NCBI GenBank assembly: GCA_964016885.1
Contig: OZ024743.1
Coordinates: forward strand, 75,826,001 to 75,890,000
Direction of reading: 5' to 3'
DNA from: Eledone cirrhosa
Lineage: Eukaryota
DNA: 64,000 nucleotides
The notes under the pieces: generated by a model
The model's input: only the letters and a program-made list of their open reading frames with translations
Told to the model about the DNA's origin: nothing
The model's database searches: none
Shown here: positions 21,030 to 35,300 of the stretch, one piece after another
How positions within the stretch are numbered: the stretch's first letter is position 1
How the letters are laid out: every line of letters starts with the position of its first letter
Made by a program: the position numbers and the translations under genes

Positions 21030-21670
21030 CTCGATGCAGAATACATTGCTCTGGAGAACGGCGAGGGAGACGCACTGGAACATCAGCCACTCCATCTCGC
21101 AGGTCTCACATCAGCAGGCAGCCGACTCCACTCCGACAGCAGTGAGTAGGGATGTGGTCCAGGGGCCAAGAACGCCACATGTCTCCATTGCAACAGGCTC
21201 GCACCTGCAGGTAGCCAACTCTGCTCTAATATTAGTGAGTAGGGATGTGGTCCAGGGGCCAAGAACGCCACATGTCTCCATTGCAACAGGCTCGCACCTG
21301 CAGGTAGCCAACTCTGCTCTAATATTAGTGAGTAGGGATGTGGTCCAGGCGCCAAGAACGCCACATGTCTCCATTGCAACAGGCTCGCACCTGCAGGTAG
21401 CCAACTCTGCTCTAATATTAGTGAGTAGGGATGTGGTCCAGGGGCCAAGAACGCCACATGTCTCCATTGCAACAGGCTCGCACCTGCAGGTAGCCAACTC
21501 TGCTCTAATATTAGTGAGTAGGGATGTGGTCCAGGGGCCAAGAACGCCACATGTCTCCATTGCAACAGGCTCTTTTACAAACCTATCTGATAGTGGTCGA
21601 TACTTGGACAGTTTTCCCTCTATGCTGAGCAGTATAGCATGGGCTGGTGTCCGAACGCACCAGGTTCCCA
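21030..21670 (-). mobile_element. 3' fragment of an RLE-encoding (CRE-like) non-LTR retrotransposon with internal tandem amplification
   Basis: Minus strand reads KLSKYRPL..EPVAMETCGVLGP and later MEWLMFQCVSLAVLQSNVFCI. These match CRE-type restriction-like endonuclease motifs (KY..L, PxAxETxGxxG, LxQRxSxAxxRGN). Confidence 0.65.
21142..21571. repeat. 93-bp tandem repeat, about 4.6 near-identical copies
   Basis: GTGAGTAGGGATG at 21142, 21235, 21328, 21421 and 21514. Confidence 0.95.
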
Positions 21671-21836
21671 ATTGAGTAAGTGTCACAGCAAAAATAAACA
21701 TATACTTAGTCTCATCATAAAAATATAAACTACAAATGTTTTGATATCTAAAAGCGAGGATTAGATTAACTAGTTTCAGGGTAATTAATCCTCGACGAAT
21801 TTTATGAAATATAAAAGTTATTGCATTGATCTAAAC

Positions 21837-21940
21837 CAGAGGTGGAGAACCTTTTCATGTTAAAAGGCCACATTACGTTTCCCCGGGGAAACACCTTCTC
21901 CATTGTGTCCGCCGGGACTGTGGGGAGGCCACAAATATGA
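21837..21940 (+). mobile_element. Possible hAT/Charlie-like terminus
   Basis: CAGAGGTGGAGAACCTTTT...GGCCACA resembles hAT ends. No partner end was found. Confidence 0.3.
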
Positions 21941-21979
21941 TTGACTGACTTGTCATTTTATCAGTCAGATGTTCTAATG

Positions 21980-22038
<59 letters not shown>

Positions 22039-22109
22039 GAGTTTTTTTTTTCCAAAATGAAAAAAATCGGGATGTCCTACACGAGTGTAGGAAAAAACTA
22101 TATGGAAAA

Positions 22110-22360
22110 AAGATGAAATCAAAAATAAGCTGATGTCTTTTTAAGAGTATTTATTTGGTTCCTTTACCGGTTTCGCAGTTCTTGTGCTTTTCAAAAGTAG
22201 AATTGAGATGGAGGGTTTGTGGTTTTTCTTGCATCTGGTTGGTGTCCGAATGTTACTTTTGTTTTATGTGGAAAAAAGTGGCTCTTTAGAAAAGTAATTA
22301 GGTTGGTTAATGACTGTCACGTATAATAAATTTCGCGCCAGTTCGCTTTACAAAGTTCTT
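22110..22360 (-). mobile_element. Penelope-like terminal repeat fragment (copy 1) with hammerhead-like motif
   Basis: Reverse-complement homology to 23305-23585. The motif is at 22161-22197. Confidence 0.55.
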
Positions 22361-22439
22361 ATTATATTTGTCTTTAAAAAAAGGGGTGGGGGTGGGGGTG
22401 GGGGTTCAGGTTGTTTTTTCATATATGTGTGAAATTTAG

Positions 22440-22484
<45 letters not shown>

Positions 22485-22759
22485 GGCATGTATAACTTGG
22501 TATTATTTACCATGCTTTCGGTAGCTATTTTGCTTCAAACGCTAGCAGACATCCGGGATATGATAGCTGGAAAGAGAGAGGACTGCATCAGCAGTAAGGT
22601 GGGACCTTTTAGTTACTTTTAACCATAATTACATATTATTAAAATCATCTATATATTCTTTGACAGACGATTGACTTTCGTCAAATCGAACCGAGGAAAC
22701 AATGTTTCCATTGGTCTTTCCAATTGCTAATACTATCTATCGGTTGCAACTCCAGGTAG

Positions 22760-22882
22760 AAGGAGCAACGTGAAATATAGTGTCTTGCTCAAGGACATAA
22801 TGCATCACCCGGTCCAGGAATCGAACTCACAACCTCAAGATTACGTATACAATTCTCTAACCATTCAGCCTCACGCCTTCAC
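22760..22882 (-). mobile_element. tRNA-derived SINE (family A), 5' part
   Basis: Homologous to 6400-6520, with B box GAGTTCGATTCC. Confidence 0.75.
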
Positions 22883-23089
22883 TATATATATTCTTAAAAA
22901 AGTGGGAATTTAATATCTGTTCTAGAATCACAGAAGTAAAACATGAGAGTAGAAAGAGCTGAAATGATCCCTATGATTTACTAATGTTTTAATTCTGGCT
23001 GACGGAGTGGATTATTTCGTTGAATGTTCTTTGACTTTTTGGGATTTAAAATAGGTTCATCTTATGGTTTAAATTGAATAATAAATTAA

Positions 23090-23262
23090 AATAATTGTTT
23101 CTACTTTTGGCACAAGGCCAGCAATTATCCCAGTGTATTACTGGCATTTTATTTTATCGACCCCATAAGGATGAAAGGCAAAGTTAACCTCGGCGGGATT
23201 TGAACTCATACCATAAATGAACGTAACTCTTTGCTGCAAAGCATGGTGTCTGACGCTCTACC
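23090..23262 (-). mobile_element. Family-B SINE
   Basis: Reverse complement of 6755-6933, including B box, core and 3' stem-loop. Confidence 0.8.
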
Positions 23263-23304
23263 TATAAATATGAAAAAACAACCTGTGACCCCTCTCCCTT
23301 GTTT

Positions 23305-23772
<468 letters not shown>

Positions 23773-23898
23773 CAAACCGGTGGGGGTGAATTGGGACTCA
23801 CAAGGGAACGGACGAAGAACTCAAGAACACCTGCTTTGTCCGTTCCTTTGTCGATTCAATTTAAATTACCTCGGGAACATAACCTTATTATGTAAGAA

Positions 23899-23973
23899 GC
23901 TGTCTGACGATGTCACGGCATTGGGTACACCGAAGAGTGTCGCCACTGTCGTCATTGAAATATGTATCACAGC
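23899..23973 (+). ncRNA. Candidate type I hammerhead ribozyme (canonical core, long imperfect stem II)
   Basis: GCTGT-CTGACGA-...-GAAA-TATGTA-TC-ACAGC, with a perfect 5-bp stem I. Confidence 0.5.
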
Positions 23974-24649
23974 ATTATCATTAAAGGACTTTAACATCTG
24001 AAACTACTTTGCATTTTCTTATTCTATATATACATATATATATATGTATATATACATACACACACACACATATATATATATATATGTATGTATATATATG
24101 TATATATATATATTTTCTATACCTTTCATTTATATATATGTATGTATATATATATATTTGTGCGCAAGCATATATGATGTGTCTTCCTGTGACTGTGTCT
24201 ATGTAAGCTCGCGTCTGTATGTACGATTCTATAGGAATTTTGTTTGCCCTAAAGTTACAAAGCATTACTTAAAAGGGACTAACGAAAAAGAAGAAAATAT
24301 CCATCACCACAGAGTAATATCTCGTTTGTTTATAAAAAAATAAAAGGTTTCCTGTCACAGTGTTTCTCAAATGAAAACTTCATTTGACTTTTGTTTTTAA
24401 TTACTAATGGCGCCTATAAATAGCCTAAGGTTTCGTATTTGTCAGAGGTTTCGTTTTCTCCAAAAGGGCGGCTTTATTAAAATTTTCTTTTGATGTGGTT
24501 AGCGGTTTAGAAGTTGTCCGTTTCTCAAGATTTTCTAAATATTTTAAATAAATGAGTAACCCCTCCCTCCCCTGATAAGTTTTTCTCATGAAGAATATTG
24601 AATCTTTTGCATGTTGGCGCACGGTCGTCATCTCTATGAAATAGTTACA

Positions 24650-24725
24650 GTGGATTGAATCAGCATTGAGTAAATAATTAGCTTTTATTTTATCGACTCT
24701 GCAAGAAGGATGAAACGTAAAAACA
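24650..24725 (-). mobile_element. Degenerate family-B SINE core
   Basis: TTTTATTTTATCGACTCTGCAAGAAGGATGAAACG resembles the reverse-complemented core. Confidence 0.45.
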
Positions 24726-24770
24726 TCTAGAATCTTTTACCCTAAACATTCTGGTTGGACAGGGTTTAGG

Positions 24771-24873
24771 AAGACCGAATGTACCACTGGCCACAATTTT
24801 GTAATACAAAACAGGGTTATAGAAGACTAAATGTACCACTGGCTACGATTTTGAATCACAAAACAGGGTTATA
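24771..24873. repeat. Two tandem ~51-bp copies
   Basis: AGAC..AATGTACCACTGGC...CAAAACAGGGTTATAGA occurs twice. Confidence 0.8.
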
Positions 24874-25076
24874 GATCATTATCGTGTTTAGGAGCTGTGC
24901 AAACGATATAGACTTCACAAGTTAATGAGTGTCCAGCCAGATGCAATTTTAGATTTACTAAAGTTGCTGACCTTGCTAGAGAAAGTGACCAGTAAGTAAA
25001 GAGTATTGACCAGTCCTGACTATACAACAACCATTACGTTGTTGAATACTATTTATAGAAACCACATTGACCGCTA

Positions 25077-25411
25077 CTCTCGGGTCTCCAATAATCGTCC
25101 CTTCCGTTTATTTATTTTTCCGATTTGCCCACCCACCCTCTTATTTAATTTTTCTAATCTATCTCCAGCGAAATTTTATTTTAAGTGGTAGCATTCCTGC
25201 CACAATTAATTTTCTTTAGACATTAAATAAGATTATACATGGCAAAAAAGTATATTACTAGAAATCCCATATGTTATAAAATAAATAGGATGGGTTGGGG
25301 TCTCAATATGTAAACTAAACGACTAATTATGGTTTTTAAAAAATCAAGGGAGACAACCTAGAAAAATTGCCAATTTTTCACCCCCCACACCTATTATTTG
25401 GGACCCAAGAG
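25077..25411. mobile_element. MITE with terminal inverted repeats and TA flanks (Tc1/mariner-type)
   Basis: TA|CTCTCGGGTCTCCAATAAT ... ATTATTTGGGACCCAAGAG|TA, 18/21 inverted match including the TA. Confidence 0.75.
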
Positions 25412-25879
25412 TACATACATGTTGACTGCTCCTAATTGTCAGAAGAATGCTATCTCTTAAATGATCGCCATATACCCCACGCCCCTCATCAGCATGGCAA
25501 AACCTAGACCACATCCGGACAAAACTCCAATATGGAACGCAGAGAGTATGGTTGTCAGTGAACCGCATCTGATCCAACACTTTCTGCGGTTACGAAACTA
25601 AGGAAATGGTGGTATTTCAATGGCACAATCTTGTGTAATATCCAACAGCCACACTGATATATCTGCTGCCTATAAGTATTGCCAAGAATTCAGAGTCTTG
25701 ACTTGTGCCAGGAAAGCAAAGTACCAAACATACGCAGAATGAAAAATGATAAGATGGTAAGAGACATCTGTACATCATTGATTATAGAGACAAAAGCTTG
25801 TATAACACGAGTATCACGCTTTCAGTCTCTGCCATTATATCCTGTGCTTATGAGATAGCCGAGCGAAAGACAAACATAA

Positions 25880-26290
25880 CCTGATATATTAGAAAAAAAT
25901 TGATGCCATATTTGAAATTAGCACCTCAAAATTAGCTAAAAACAACAACAAAATTCAATTGGTCAGCAAAACGTGTGTTGACCAATGACCAGTGCTATCT
26001 ATAAAGTGTCTCCATTCATAAGGATCATACTGTAGAGCACCCATCACTATAACAGTCTCGCCACGTGATAGAAAAAAAAACGTATTGTCATTTTTAAACT
26101 CAACAGTCCCAAATAACTCAACAGATCTCAAGCTTAGGTCAGCAGAAAAAAAAAGCAACATTTTGTTAAGCAGTGTATTTATCAGGTTTAAACAAGACGA
26201 CCAGTAATCATGAGAACCACAGGTTTCACTGAGGTCTCCTTCGTCTAGAAGAATGCCGTAAGATGTCTGCCAGTGTACCATCAACAATAT
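25880..26290 (-). mobile_element. Degraded DNA-transposon relics (Chapaev3-like transposase fragment plus a terminus)
   Basis: Minus strand QYDPYEWRHFIDS resembles the YxPxEWRLFIDSS transposase motif. The adjacent CATTGGTCAACACA resembles a CAC-type terminus. The family assignment is from memory. Confidence 0.45.
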
Positions 26291-26342
26291 GCCATATATT
26301 TAAACATGGATTGGAGCCGCAATTGTGTCATGTAGCTCCCTA

Positions 26343-29300
26343 AACTGTTGAGATCTATTGTATTATATATAGCTGGTGAGGTCTATTGTATTATATATAG
26401 CTGGTGAGGTCTATTGTATTATATATAGCTGGTGAGCTCTATTGTATTATATATAGCTGGTGAGGTCTATTATATTATATATAGCTGGTGAGGTCTATTG
26501 TATTATATATAGCTGGTGAGCTCTATTGTATTATATATAGCTGGTGAGGTCTATTGTATTATATATAGCTAGTGAGGTCTATTGTATTATATATAGCTGG
26601 TGAGGTCTATTGTATTATATATAGCTGGTGAAGTCTATTGTATTATATATAGCTAGTGAGGTCTATTGTATTATATAGAGCTGGTGAGGTCTATTGTATT
26701 ATATATAGCTAGTGAGGTCTATTGTATTATATATAGCTAGTGAGGTCTATTGTATTATATATAGCTGGTGAGGTCTATTGTATTATATATAGCTGGTGAA
26801 GTCTATTGTATTATATATAGCTAGTGAGGTCTATTGTATTATATATAGCTGGTGAAGTCTATTGTATTATATATAGCTGGTGAAGTCTATTGTATTATAT
26901 ATAGCTAGTGAGGTCTATTGTATTATATATAGCTGGTGAAGTCTATTGTATTATATATAGCTGGTGAAGTCTATTGTATTATATATAGCTAGTGATGTCT
27001 ATTGTATTATATATAGCTGGTGTGGTCTATTGTAATATATATAGCTAGTGAGGTCTATTGTAATATATATAACTGGTGAGGTCTATTGTATTATATATAG
27101 CTAGTGAGGTTTATTGTATTATATATAGCTAGTGAGGTCTATTGTATTATATATAGCTAGTGAGGTCTATTGTATTATATATAGCTAGTGAGGTCTATTG
27201 TATTATATATAGATAGTGAGCTCTATTTTATTATATATAGCTGGTGAAGTCTATTGTATTATATATAGCTAGTGAGGTCTATTGTATTATATATAGCTAG
27301 TGAGCTCTATTGTATTATATATAGCAAGTGAGCTCTATTGTATTATATATAGCTGGTGAAGTCTATTGTATTATATATAGCTAGTGAGGTCTATTGTATT
27401 ATATATAACTGGTGAGGTCTATTGTATTATATATAGTTAGTGAGGTCTATTGTATTATATATAGCTGGTGAAGTCTATTGTATTATATATAGCTAGTGAG
27501 CTCTATTGTATTATATATAGCTAGTGAGGACTATTGTATTATATATAGCTAGTGAGGTCTATTGTATTATATATAGCTAGTGAAGTCTATTGTATTATAT
27601 ATAGCTAGTGAGCTCTATTGTATTATATATAGTTAGTGAGGTCTATTGTATTATATATAGCTAGTGAAGTCTATTGTATTATATATAGCTGGTGAGGTCT
27701 ATTATATTATATATAGCTAGTGAGCTCTATTGTATTATATATAGTTAGTGAGGTCTATTGTATTATATATAGCTAGTGAAGTCTATTGTATTATATATAG
27801 CTAGTGAGCTCTATTGTATTATATATAGCTAGTGAGGTCTATTGTATTATATAAAGCTAGTGAGGTCTATTGTATTATATATAGCTAGTGAGGTCTATTG
27901 TATTATATATAGCTGGTGAAGTCTATTGTATTATATATAGCTGGTGAACTCTATTGTATTATATATAGCTAGTGAGGTCTATTGTATTGTATATAGCTGG
28001 TGAGGTCTATTGTATTATATATAGCTGGTGAACTCTATTGTATTATATATAGCTAGTGAAGTCTATTGTATTGTATATAGCTAGTGAGGTCTATTGTATT
28101 ATATATAGCTGGTGAAGTCTATTGTATTATATATAGCTAGTGAAGTCTATTGTATTATATATAGCTGGTGAGGTCTATTGTATTATATATAGCTAGTGAG
28201 GTCTATTGTATTATATATAGCTGGTGAAGTCTATTGTATTATATATAGCTAGTGAAGTCTATTGTATTATATATAGCTGGTGAGGTCTATTGTATTATAT
28301 ATAGCTAGTGAGGTCTATTGTATTATATATAGCTGGTGAGGTCTATTGTATTATATATAGCTAGTGAGGTCTATTGTATTATATATAGCTAGTGAACTCT
28401 ATTGTATTATATATAGCTAATGAAGTCTATTGTATTATATATAGCTAGTGAGGTCTATTGTATTACATATAGCTAGTGAGGTCTATTGTATTATATATAG
28501 CTAGTGAGGTCTATTGTATTATATATAGCTGGTGAAGTCTATTGTATTATATATAGCTAGTGAGCTCTATTGTATTATATATAGCTAGTGAGGTCTATTG
28601 TATTATATATAGCTAGTGAGGTCTATTGTATTATATAAAGCTAGTGAGGTCTATTGTATTATATATAGCTAGTGAGGTCTATTGTATTATATATAGCTGG
28701 TGAAGTCTATTGAAATATATATAGCTAGTGAGGTCTATTGTATTATATATAGCTAGTGAGGTCTATTGTATTATATATAGCTGGTGAAGTCTATTATATA
28801 ATATATAGCTAGTGAGGTCTATTGTATTATATATAGCTAGTGAGGTCTATTGTATTATATATAGCTACTGAGGTCTATTGTATTATATATAGCTCGTGAG
28901 GTCTATTGTATTATATATAGCTAGAGAGGTCTATTGTATTATATATAGCTAGTGAGGTCTATTGTATTATATATAGCTGGTGATGTCTATTGTATTATAT
29001 ATAGCTAGTGAGGTCTATTGTATTATATATAGCTAGTGAGGTCTATTGTATTATATATAGCTACTGAGGTCTATTGTATTATATATAGCTGGTGATGTCT
29101 ATTGTATTATATATAGCTAGAGAGGTCTATTGTATTATATATAGCTGGTGAGGTCTATTGTATTATATATAGCTGGTGAGGTCTATTGTATTATATATAG
29201 CTGGTGAGGTCTATTGTATTATATAAAGCTAGTGAGGTCTATTGTATTATATAAAGATAGTGATGTCTATTGTATTATATATAGCTGGTGAGGTCTATTG

Positions 29301-32300
29301 TATTATATAAAGCTAGTGAGGTCTATTGTATTATATATAGCTAGAGAGGTCTATTGTATTATATATAGTTAGGTGAGGTCTATTGTATTATATATAACTA
29401 GTGAGGTCTATTGTATTATATATAGCTGGTGAGGTCTATTGTATTATATAAAGCTAGTGAGGTCTATTGTATTATAAAAAGCTAGTGATGTCTATTGTAT
29501 TATATATAGCTGGTGAGGTCTATTGTATTATATAAAGCTAGTGAGGTCTATTGTATTATATATAGCTAGTGAGATCTATTGTATTATATATAGCTAGTGA
29601 GGTCTATTGTATTATATATAGCTAGTGTGGTCTATTGTATTATATATAGCTAGTGAGGTCTATTGTATTATATATAGCTAGTGTGGTCTATTGTATTATA
29701 TATAGCTGGTGAGGTCTATTGTATTATATATAGCTAGTGAGGTCTATTGTATTATATATAGCTAGTGAGATCTATTGTATTATATATAGCTGGTGAGGTC
29801 TATTGTATTATATATAGCTAGTGAGGTCTATTGTATTATATATAGCTGGTGAGGTCTATTGTATTATATAAAGCTAGTGAGGTCTATTGTATTATATATA
29901 GCTAGTGAGGTCTATCTTCTTATATATAACTGGTGAGGTCTATTGTTTTATATATCGCTGGTGAAGTCTATTGTATTATATATAGCTAGTGAGGTCTATT
30001 GTATTATATATAGCTAGTGAGGTCTATTGTATTATATATACCTGGTGAGGTCTATTGTATTATATATAGCTAGTGAGGTTTATTGTATTATTTATAACTA
30101 GTGAGGTCTATTGTATTATATATACCTGGTGAATGTCTATTGTATTATATATAGCTAGTGAGGTCTATTGTATTATATATAGCTGGTGAGGTTTATTGTA
30201 TTGTATATAGCTGGTGAGGTCTATTGTATTATATATAGCTGGTGAGGTCTATTGTATTATATATAGCTGGTGAGGTCTATTGTATTATATATAGCTGGTG
30301 AGTTCTATCTTATTATATATAACTGGTGAGGTCTATTGTTTTATATATCGCTGGTGAAGTCAATTGTATTATATATAGCTAGTGAGGTCTATTGTATTAT
30401 ATATAGCTAGTGAGGTCTATTGTATTATATATAGCTGGTGAGGTCTATTGTATTATATATAGCTGGTGAGCTTTATTGTATTATATATGGCTAGTCATGT
30501 CTATTGTATTATATATAGCTGTTGAGGTCTATTGTATTATATATAACTAGTGAGGTCTATTGTATTATATATAGCTGCTCTATTGTATTATATATAGCAG
30601 GTGAGGTCTATTGTATTATATATAGCTTGTGAGGTCTATTGTATTATATATAGCTGGTGAGGTCTATTGTATTATATAAAGCTAGTGAGGTCTATTGTAT
30701 TATATATAGCTGGTGCTGTCTATTGTATTATATATAGCTGGTGAGGTCTATTGTATTATATATAGCTAGAGAGGTCTATTGTATTATATATAGCTGATGA
30801 GGTCTATTGTATTATATAAAGCTAGTGAGATCTATTGTATTATATATAGTTAGGTGATGTCTATTGTATCATATATAGCTGGTGCTGTCTATTGTATTAT
30901 ATATAGCTGGTGAGGTCTATTGTATTATATATAGCTAGTGAGGTCTATTGTATTATATATAGCTGGTGAGGTCTATTGTATTATATAAAGCTAGTGAGGT
31001 CTATTGTATTATATATAGCTGGAGAGGTCTATTGTATTATATATAGCTGGTGAGGTCTATTGTATTATATATAGCTAGTGAGGTCTATTGTATTATATAT
31101 AGCTAGTGATGTCTATTGTATTATATATAGCTGGTGAGGTCTATTGTATTATATATAGCTGGTGAGGTCTATTGTATTATATAAAGCTAGTGAGGTCTAT
31201 TGTATTATATATAGCTAGTGAGGTCTATCTTCTTATATATAACTGGTGAGGTCTATTGTTTTATATATCGCTGGTGAAGTCTATTGTATTATATATAGCT
31301 AGTGAGGTCTATTGTATTATATATAGCTAGTGAGGTCTATTGTATTATATATACCTGGTGAGGTCTATTGTATTATATATAGCTAGTGAGGTTTATTGTA
31401 TTATTTATAACTAGTGAGGTCTATTGTATTATATATACCTGGTGAATGTCTATTGTATTATATATAGCTAGTGAGGTCTATTGTATTATATATAGCTGGT
31501 GAGGTTTATTGTATTGTATATAGCTGGTGAGGTCTATTGTATTATATATAGCTGGTGAGGTCTATTGTATTATATATAGCTGGTGAGGTCTATTGTATTA
31601 TATATAGCTGGTGAGTTCTATCTTATTATATATAACTGGTGAGGTCTATTGTTTTATATATCGCTGGTGAAGTCAATTGTATTATATATAGCTAGTGAGG
31701 TCTATTGTATTATATATAGCTAGTGAGGTCTATTGTATTATATATAGCTGGTGAGGTCTATTGTATTATATATAGCTGGTGAGCTTTATTGTATTATATA
31801 TGGCTAGTCATGTCTATTGTATTATATATAGCTGTTGAGGTCTATTGTATTATATATAACTAGTGAGGTCTATTGTATTATATATAGCTGCTCTATTGTA
31901 TTATATATAGCAGGTGAGGTCTATTGTATTATATATAGCTTGTGAGGTCTATTGTATTATATATAGCTGGTGAGGTCTATTGTATTATATAAAGCTAGTG
32001 AGGTCTATTGTATTATATATAGCTGGTGCTGTCTATTGTATTATATATAGCTGGTGAGGTCTATTGTATTATATATAGCTAGAGAGGTCTATTGTATTAT
32101 ATATAGCTGATGAGGTCTATTGTATTATATAAAGCTAGTGAGATCTATTGTATTATATATAGTTAGGTGATGTCTATTGTATCATATATAGCTGGTGCTG
32201 TCTATTGTATTATATATAGCTGGTGAGGTCTATTGTATTATATATAGCTAGTGAGGTCTATTGTATTATATATAGCTGGTGAGGTCTATTGTATTATATA

Positions 32301-35300
32301 AAGCTAGTGAGGTCTATTGTATTATATATAGCTGGTGAGGTCTATTGTATTATATATAGCTGGTGAGGTCTATTGTATTATATATAGCTAGTGAGGTCTA
32401 TTGTATTATATATAGCTAGTGATGTCTATTGTATTATATATAGCTGGTGAGGTCTATTGTATTATATATATCTGTTGAGGTCTATTGTATTATATATAGC
32501 TAGTGAGGTCTATTGTATTATATATAGCTAGTGAGGTCTATTGTATTATATATAGCTGGTGAAGTCTATTGTATTATATATAGCTAGTGAGGTCTATTGT
32601 ATTATATATAGCTGGTGAGCTCTATTGTATTATATATAGTTAGTGAGGTCTATTGTATTATATATAGCTAGTGAAGTCTATTGTATTATATATAGCTAGT
32701 GAGCTCTATTGTATTATATATAGTTAGTGAGGTCTATTGTATTATATATAGCTAGTGAAGTCTATTGTATTATATATAGCTGGTGAGGTCTATTATATTA
32801 TATATAGCTAGTGAGCTCTATTGTATTATATATAGTTAGTGAGGTCTATTGTATTATATATAGCTAGTGAAGTCTATTGTATTATATATAGCTAGTGAGC
32901 TCTATTGTATTATATATAGCTAGTGAGGTCTATTGTATTATATAAAGCTAGTGAGGTCTATTGTATTATATATAGCTAGTGAGGTCTATTGTATTATATA
33001 TAGCTGGTGAAGTCTATTGTATTATATATAGCTGGTGAACTCTATTGTATTATATATAGCTAGTGAGGTCTATTGTATTGTATATAGCTGGTGAGGTCTA
33101 TTGTATTATATATAGCTGGTGAACTCTATTGTATTATATATAGCTAGTGAAGTCTATTGTATTGTATATAGCTAGTGAGGTCTATTGTATTATATATAGC
33201 TGGTGAAGTCTATTGTATTATATATAGCTAGTGAAGTCTATTGTATTATATATAGCTGGTGAGGTCTATTGTATTATATATAGCTAGTGAGGTCTATTGT
33301 ATTATATATAGCTGGTGAAGTCTATTGTATTATATATAGCTAGTGAAGTCTATTGTATTATATATAGCTGGTGAGGTCTATTGTATTATATATAGCTAGT
33401 GAGGTCTATTGTATTATATATAGCTGGTGAGGTCTATTGTATTATATATAGCTAGTGAGGTCTATTGTATTATATATAGCTAGTGAACTCTATTGTATTA
33501 TATATAGCTAATGAAGTCTATTGTATTATATATAGCTAGTGAGGTCTATTGTATTACATATAGCTAGTGAGGTCTATTGTATTATATATAGCTAGTGAGG
33601 TCTATTGTATTATATATAGCTGGTGAAGTCTATTGAATTATATATAGCTAGTGAGCTCTATTGTATTATATATAGCTAGTGAGGTCTATTGTATTATATA
33701 TAGCTAGTGAGGTCTATTGTATTATATAAAGCTAGTGAGGTCTATTGTATTATATATAGCTAGTGAGGTCTATTGTATTATATATAGCTGGTGAAGTCTA
33801 TTGAAATATATATAGCTAGTGAGGTCTATTGTATTATATATAGCTAGTGAGGTCTATTGTATTATATATAGCTGGTGAAGTCTATTATATAATATATAGC
33901 TAGTGAGGTCTATTGTATTATATATAGCTAGTGAGGTCTATTGTATTATATATAGCTACTGAGGTCTATTGTATTATATATAGCTCGTGAGGTCTATTGT
34001 ATTATATATAGCTAGAGAGGTCTATTGTATTATATATAGCTAGTGAGGTCTATTGTATTATATATAGCTGGTGATGTCTATTGTATTATATATAGCTGGT
34101 GAGGTCTATTGTATTATATATAGCTAGTGAGGTCTATTGTATTATATATAGCTGGTGAGGTCTATTGTATTATATAAAGCTAGTGAGGTCTATTGTATTA
34201 TATATAGCTAGTGAGGTCTATCTTCTTATATATAACTGGTGAGGTCTATTGTTTTATATATCGCTGGTGAAGTCTATTGTATTATATATAGCTAGTGAGG
34301 TCTATTGTATTATATATAGCTAGTGAGGTCTATTGTATTATATATACCTGGTGAGGTCTATTGTATTATATATAGCTAGTGAGGTTTATTGTATTATATA
34401 TAACTAGTGAGGTCTATTGTATTATATATACCTGGTGAATGTCTATTGTATTATATATAGCTAGTGAGGTCTATTGTATTATATATAGCTGGTGAGGTTT
34501 ATTGTATTGTATATAGCTGGTGAGGTCTATTGTATTATATATAGCTGGTGAGGTCTATTGTATTATATATAGCTGGTGAGGTCTATTGTATTATATATAG
34601 CTGGTGAGTTCTATCTTATTATATATAACTGGTGAGGTCTATTGTTTTATATATCGCTGGTGAAGTCAATTGTATTATATATAGCTAGTGAGGTCTATTG
34701 TATTATATATAGCTAGTGAGGTCTATTGTATTATATATAGCTGGTGAGGTCTATTGTATTATATATAGCTGGTGAGCTTTATTGTATTATATATGGCTAG
34801 TCATGTCTATTGTATTATATATAGCTGTTGAGGTCTATTGTATTATATATAACTAGTGAGGTCTATTGTATTATATATAGCTGCTCTATTGTATTATATA
34901 TAGCAGGTGAGGTCTATTGTATTATATATAGCTTGTGAGGTCTATTGTATTATATATAGCTGGTGAGGTCTATTGTATTATATAAAGCTAGTGAGGTCTA
35001 TTGTATTATATATAGCTGGTGCTGTCTATTGTATTACATATAGCTGGTGAGGTCTATTGTATTATATATAGCTAGAGAGGTCTATTGTATTATATATAGC
35101 TGATGAGGTCTATTGTATTATATAAAGCTAGTGAGGTCTATTGTATTATATATAGTTAGGTGATGTCTATTGTATCATATATAGCTGGTGCTGTCTATTG
35201 TATTATATATAGCTGGTGAGGTCTATTGTATTATATATAGCTAGTGAGGTCTATTGTATTATATATAGCTGGTGAGGTCTATTGTATTATATAAAGCTAG

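Noticed and set aside
22500-22570. Third hammerhead-like relic on the minus strand (CCGGATG...CCGAAAGCATGGTA)
   Set aside because: The core and stems are too degenerate to support.
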